Assembly: GCA_038087875.1 (NCBI GenBank)
Contig: CM075989.1
Coordinates: 3,286,001-3,350,000, forward strand
Direction of reading: 5' to 3'
DNA from: Malacoraja senta
Lineage: Eukaryota
DNA: 64,000 bases
Shown: piece after piece, positions 58,071-64,000 of the stretch
How the letters are laid out: each line of letters begins with the position of its first letter
Position numbering within the stretch: the stretch's first letter is position 1
The notes under the pieces: generated by a model
Told to the model about the DNA's origin: nothing
Seen by the model: the letters and a program-made list of their open reading frames with translations, nothing else
Database searches by the model: none
Position numbers and translations under genes: made by a program

Positions 58071-58599
58071 ATAAAAGCTGTCGGACCAATCGAGGTACCA
58101 ACGACGAGCAAAGCTTCATTGTTGCGGTGACAACACACCCCACGTCTCCATTGGCAGTAAGCAGTTACTGAAGATAGTGGCAGCATGAAAGCTGGGCAGA
58201 GGTCTTTAAGCCGAGGCCCAGGTCGGTCTCAGGGGGAAAATATCAGACCATCTACAAGTTGGGTACAAATGATAACATGTGTTTAGTTTATGCGTTGTAT
58301 GAAATAGAATTCTCTTGATAAGGATGGAAGGGGCCCTAGTGGCCTTACAACACTCAAATGGTTGTGGCATCTAACCATGTAAAAAACTGCACAATACTAG
58401 GGTTCCAAGCACGGAATTGGGGCCTGAATTGTGTTTCGTGGCCAGGATTGGTTTTCAAGACAGGCTCGGAAATCGGAGTTGTTGCTAGAGCAGGTACGGA
58501 ATTGGCAGGCATGGCCTGTTCATTGTGAATGATGCAGAATGTCGTTTAACTCGCAGTGCAGTATAAATTTTTCCGAATAGGAAACTTTGCATCTGATTT

Positions 58600-59880
58600 C
58601 CATAGGATGCTCCCATTTACAGAGATCACCGGAGACATTTGAAATTTAACTGGATAAGGCAATGATAAAACATTGCAAAATGGGTTAACTTCAGTTCCCA
58701 GGTTATTTACCAGATTACTAAAACCGATGCTTGGACTGCTCAGAGCTAAAAAACATTTGTTAAGTCTTGACTGGAGGATATTCTAACGCTGTATGTTGCT
58801 AAAATCAACTGTTTCAGCCTCAAACTATGTTTAAGAAAAATTAAGGTGATACCAACTAGACTTGTTGATCATTGGGATTTACCTTTAACTATTAATTAGC
58901 CTGTGACTCCGCCCTGGGGTAAGAGATTGGAATTAATAGGAGCCTGTAACAATCTTGTTGTGATAAAGCAGCCTTCTATTCATCAAGTGTAATTGGCAAT
59001 ATAGTACCTGTGATTCAGCTGTGCAAGTGGGGAAGCTTACATCATGCAAAGTAGTAATCTCTCAAGTGCCATGTAGGTCCTTGTGACAGACCTTATGCTA
59101 TTACCAGCTGAAGCTACCAAAGTCATAATGGTGAACGAACAGTATTCAGCATTGCCCCAGTAGTCTGGTCAGTAAAATTTCAGTTATATTATAAACTGAT
59201 GGGGCTCTAAGGTGGAAAATTATGAATGCCATCTCTAGTTCGGAGACGGAGGAGATTTGCATGAGTTAACAATTATTCAGTTATTGGTATCAACTACCTA
59301 TAGACACTAGGTGCATTCTATAGGTTAAAGGGTTATTGAGCGTATATGCATAATCTGCATGCTCAACGTTGAGTTGATACACTATGGTGGTGGCATATGT
59401 TAGTCACATGGGTGCAATCAAGACAGAATATCCTGTAATAATTTACCTAATCTCATTTTGCGTTAGAGTATCATCACGTATAATCAATGACAACACAAAA
59501 TGGGTATTGGATCATAAAGTATTTAATGAAATTATGGCTCGATGGAACACCGAATATCGATAAGTTTGTTTCCAGGCTCATTTACCTGTTGCAAAAATAT
59601 GTGACATAACAATGGCGAAAGATACATTCTCGCTTCAAGGAGAAGGAAATTATTTTTGTCTCCCTCCATTTTGCCTCATTAGTCGGGTCTTGCAATAAAG
59701 TCAGCAAGATCCCGCTTTAGGTTGTCGTTCTGTCTGACTGGCCTATGCAGCCATGCTTCCCGCTTTTGTCAGGAATAATAATACAACCTTTTACGGTTAT
59801 TCGAAACGTAAAACTTTGCTGGTTCAGCCTGTGGCTCGGGAAACCAGCCTTTGCATGATAAAATCAATTTATTGACTTAT
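58600..59880 (+). pseudogene. DIRS RT/RNase H/methyltransferase-like remnant
   Basis: NGLTSVPRLFTRLLKPMLGLLRA (58679-58747); VDTTMVVAYVSHMGA; PPFCLISRVLQ; many stops and frameshifts. Confidence 0.75.
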
Positions 59881-59889
59881 AGATTCTGA

Positions 59890-60830
59890 GTAGACTACTC
59901 TTGCGGCTCGGATTGTCAGACCAATCCATATTTGTGCTCACTGCAGAGTGCAGGGATAGCACCAATAAAGATAAGCATTACATTTACTCTTCAGGAGATG
60001 GGAAGCGTTTTGTTGAATGCTAATGTTACATCTAATACGGTACAGATAACTGATGTCTTGGAGTTCGTTTCAAATGGGTCTTTGACAATAAATTAAGTTA
60101 TAGGACCATTAACTGTGCCCAACGTGTCTTCCCATCATATTTGCTGCAGCAAACGGGACTCACTCTGTCGGGTTTCACCCTCTGATACAGAGTTTATAAA
60201 GGATATCTTTCACACAAGTTCTCCCAGGACAAGCACAGGGCAGTATGGGATATTGATGTGGTATTAGCACTATTTCACCAGGGGGCTCCAGCTACATCCT
60301 TAGCTTTGGCTCGGCTCTCATAAGGTAGTTATCCTCATGGCGCTGGTCTCAGTGCAACGGGTTCAGTCACTACATATTGTGACTGGACAGGATGGTTACA
60401 TCTGCAAATAATATTATATTTTAATGTTTAGTTAAGCAGAGCGGACGTGAGGTCTCAAACTCATTTCATGGCATACCCCATGGACCTTTGGTTATGTATG
60501 GTCACACAAATACAACAATACGTCAAGGTCACCAAGAGCCTTAGAGGCTTTGAACTAGCAATGTTTGTTAATTACAAAAACTTTATAAAAAGGTATTGGT
60601 TCAGACCATCTCCAGGTGGTTAAAACGGGGTTTCGCTCATGCAAGAGTAGATACTGATATTTTTTCAAATCTTACTCCACCAGGGCTGCTACAACATCAG
60701 CAGCAAAAGTTATGTACGTTCCGCTGGACCACATCCTAGCGACTGCAGGATGGTCGAACGAACAAATGTTCTGAACATTTCATAATAACCTATTGCCAGA
60801 CCAGGGGTAATTGCCAACTCTATTTTAGGT
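59890..60830 (+). pseudogene. DIRS tyrosine recombinase remnant
   Basis: VWDIDVVL; KVVILMALVSVQRVQSLH; QTISRWLK; SYSTRAATTSAA; VPLDHILATAGWS. Confidence 0.8.
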
Positions 60831-60971
60831 TCAGTGGTTAGTTTACTCCGGGATGAGAGGAGTTACTATTGTTATTATTTATTCATTATGAATGTTTCCC
60901 TCATCTGTCAATGAAGCAGTTGTGGTTGTGTAGACTTGTTTCTCACGGCATGAAATTACAGAGCTTTGAAA

Positions 60972-61075
60972 TCTTCACGGAATCACTCACGTGACTCCGA
61001 AGTAAAATTGTAAGATTAAACGAGAACTTACCAGTTTGAAGTTTGATCTTTATTTTATGAGGAGTTACGATGAGC
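60972..61075 (+). other. DIRS internal complementary region (ICR)
   Basis: Left part is the reverse complement of 56019-56054 (1 mismatch); right part is the reverse complement of 61224-61289 (1 mismatch). Confidence 0.9.
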
Positions 61076-61299
61076 TCCCAACCCTCGTATCATAAAGATC
61101 ATCTGGTAGTTCTAGTCTTCTCTAAGTCTTACTATGTTACTTCGACTACTGTTATCTGTGATTTCACACCGCTGCTTTGAAGATTGACGCGCATGCGGAC
61201 TGGCGGGGCTTCTTCACGTAATCGCTCATCGTAACTCGTCATAAAATAAAGATCAAACTTCAAACTGGTAAGTTCTCGTTTAATCTTACTATTCTAGGG

Positions 61300-61590
61300 G
61301 TTTATTTAGAAATACAATTTGGAAACAGGCCCTTCGGCCCACTGAGTCCATGCCGACCACTGGTCACCCTTCGTTCTCACTCTTTTTCATCCACAATGGT
61401 GCAACTCTTACAGAGGCCGATTAACATACAAGCCCGCACGTCTTTGGGATGTGGCAGGAAACCGGAGCAATCAGAGGAAACTCATGTGATCTCAGTGAGA
61501 ACGTGCAAACTCCACACAGACAGAAACCGAGGTCAGGATCGAACCTGGGTCTCTGGAGCTGTGAGGCAGCAGCTCTACCAACTGTGCCAC
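61300..61590 (-). mobile_element. HE1-like SINE
   Basis: Reverse complement of head and core. Confidence 0.8.
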
Positions 61591-62304
61591 TGTGGTACCC
61601 TGTTCTATACTTGGCACTCAGCAAAGGAGATGTCCCTGCGTTGGGGCGGTCTACAATGTTATGGCAGGATTGATAAGCCTGTCTGCTGTCACAGGATGGA
61701 AATATCCATGCTGCATCATATACTGTGGTGCACGCAGCCTGAGTTAAACTGTAACCTGACAGATAAGCATATTCCATGCCTGTCCACACTTCAGGCTAGA
61801 TATGTCCAAGCTACGATGGTATAATGATGTTACGCTGCAGGCTGCATATACCCATGGTGTAGAAGATAGGATAAAAATTGGAAGAAAACTAGCTACCTGT
61901 AGATACTTTCTGCATTAAACCCTCTCAAAAACACATCAACACACTTAGCAAGATCAGAAAGCAATGGAAGGAAAGAGTGCTTTTGACAGCTTCAAATGTG
62001 CAATATTCAGCAAATAATTCTTACATCAGCTTCCAACAAGGTACTGAAGAAATGCTGCATCCCTTGCCTGTGCTCAGACCCTTCCCTGTCTGTGTAGGAA
62101 GGAACTGCAGATGCTGGTTTACACCCAAGATAGACACAAAATGCTGGAGTAACTCTGCAGGACAGGTAGTGTCTCTAGAGAGAAGGAATGGGCGATGTTT
62201 CGGGTCGAGACTCTTCTTCAGACTCCTTCCCTCATATCATGGGAGGGGCAGTGGTGGGATATGGCCTGACCCATGCACGCAGAGAAAGAAGAAACACCTC
62301 AATA

Positions 62305-62597
62305 TTTAGTTAGAGATACAGCGCGGAAACAGGCCCTTCGGCCCACTGAGTCCACACCGACCAGCAATTCCCACACACTAGCACTGTCATCCACACTAGG
62401 AACCATTTACAATTTTTGTTTTTAACCAAAGTCAATTAACCTACAAACCTGTATGTCTTTGGAGTGTGGGAGGAAACCGGAGATCCCGGAGAAAACACTC
62501 GCGGTCACGGGGAGAACGTACAATCTCCCCACAGAAGCACCCGTAGGCAGGATGGAACCCGGGTCTCTGGCGCTGTGAGGCAGCAACTCTACCGCTT
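62305..62597 (-). mobile_element. HE1-like SINE
   Basis: Reverse complement of head, core and tail. Confidence 0.85.
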
Positions 62598-62819
62598 GAG
62601 TGAGTGCCGGTATTGATAATCTTATTAAATGTAAATGGCAAAACTGCCACACTGATGATTAATCTGAGAGATGTACTTCATGTGTTCAGCCACAGGGGGG
62701 AGTCTGACTGAAGACTTCACAAAATGAAGTCCATCCCCTTCCCATTCAGCCAAATCGATGAGAAGTTTTTCACCTGAAAGAAATTCAAGGCTTTTCACTT
62801 GATTTCCCTCTCCCGTAAA

Positions 62820-63420
62820 AATGTTCAGACAGCATTTACAAGGATGTTGCCTGGACTTGAGGGATTGAGCTGTATGCAGAGGTTGGGCAAGCTAGAACTT
62901 CATTCCTTGGAGCGCAGGAGGATGAGGGGTGATTTTAAATAAGTGTATACGATCGTGAGAGGAATAGTGAATAGGTGAATACACAGTCTTTTACACAAGG
63001 TTGGGGAATCAAGAACCCGAGGACATAGGTTTAAGGTGAGAGGGGAAAGATTTAATAGGAACCTGAAGGGCAACTTTTTCACTCAGAGGCTGGTTGGTAA
63101 ATGAGGAAGTATTTGAGGCAGATACTGTGTGTAGGAAGGAACTGCAGATGCTCGTTAAGATAGACATAAAAAGCTGGAGTAACTTAGCGGGACGGGCAGC
63201 ATCTCTGGAGAGAAGGAATGGGTGATGTTTCGGGTCGAGACCCGGCATATATAGGCAGATATTAGAACAGCATTTTAAAGATAATTGGACAGGGACATGG
63301 AGAGGAAAGGTTTGGAGGGATATGGGCCAAACGTGGGCAGGTGAGATGAGCGTAGATGGGCATTTTGGGCGGTGTGGTCATTGGGCTGAAGGGCCGATGC
63401 CCATGCTGTATGACTCTATG
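62820..63420 (+). mobile_element. CR1/HER1 3' fragment interrupted by a Penelope-derived unit
   Basis: FTRMLPGLEGLS..RMRGD..NLKGNFFTQR. Confidence 0.8.
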
Positions 63421-63627
63421 ACAAGAAATCAGATCTATAAGTTTGCATTTGTCAGACACCAAGTTCTCTGGGAATGAACACACTGCCGTAACCTCAGGGT
63501 CAAATGCAAGGACTCTGTCAGGAGGTTGGCGGGATCAGGAACTCAGCGGGACAGGCAGCATCTCTGGAGGGAAGGAATGGGTGACATTTCAGATCGAGAT
63601 CCTTCTTCAGATGGTTGGTGGGTATAT

Positions 63628-64000
63628 GCGATACAATACGATACGATAGAACTTCATTGATCCCAGGAGGGAAATTGATCTGCCAACAGTCACAAAAACA
63701 CAAAATACATGAAACATGAAAACATGAACGAGTGGAAAGGCTTTGTGATGTGCAAAGATTGAAGAGGTGGGGGGGAGAGGGGGGAGAGGGGAGGGAGGGA
63801 GAGGGGGGAGAGAGGGGGAGAAGGGGGGAAGGGAGGAGGGGAGTCAGTCTCAGTCTCAGTCTACCCCACGACAGAAGGGGGAGGAGTTGTACAGTTTGAT
63901 AGCCACAGGGAAGAAGGATCTCCTGTGGCGTTCTGTGGAACCAGTCTGTTGCTGAAGGTGCTCCTCAGGTTGACCAGTGTGTCATGGAGGGGGTGAGCTG
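63628..64000 (-). mobile_element. Rex1/Babar LINE 3' end
   Basis: Reverse complement encodes SHPLHDTLVNLRSTFSNRL..TERHRRSFFPVAIKLYNSS; (TATCG)n tail. Confidence 0.8.

Larger units (their letters stand above)
56019..61293 (+). mobile_element. DIRS1-like tyrosine-recombinase retrotransposon, full length, coding-dead
   Basis: ITRs 56047-56080 and 61185-61218; ICR 60972-61075 complementary to both termini; decayed RT, RNase H, methyltransferase-like and YR motifs. Confidence 0.9.

Overview
Eukaryotic, repeat-dense vertebrate DNA, most likely a cartilaginous fish (skate/ray, inferred from abundant HE1-type tRNA-derived SINEs and HER1/CR1 LINE fragments). No host protein-coding exon can be supported, so the window looks intergenic or deep intronic. 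Main elements: (1) a 3.97-kb PIF/Harbinger element (8413-12377) that splits an HE1 SINE, carries non-transposon cargo, and contains a nested, oppositely oriented copy of its own family with a transposase remnant; (2) a 1-kb Harbinger derivative with only a decayed Myb/SANT gene, plus several Harbinger MITEs; (3) a near-intact Ty3/Gypsy gag-pol with PPT and 3' LTR but no 5' LTR, lying exactly between two ~2.35-kb direct copies of host DNA; (4) a full-length DIRS tyrosine-recombinase retrotransposon with almost perfect ITR/ICR termini but decayed ORFs; (5) 5'-truncated L2 and L1 insertions with TSDs, Rex1/Babar, I-group and Penelope remnants, and a hAT MITE; (6) many short Penelope-derived foldback repeats carrying a minimal hammerhead-ribozyme-like core, some with their own TSDs. 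Family names come from motif recognition by eye; no database search was run. Boundaries of SINE and LINE fragments are approximate.
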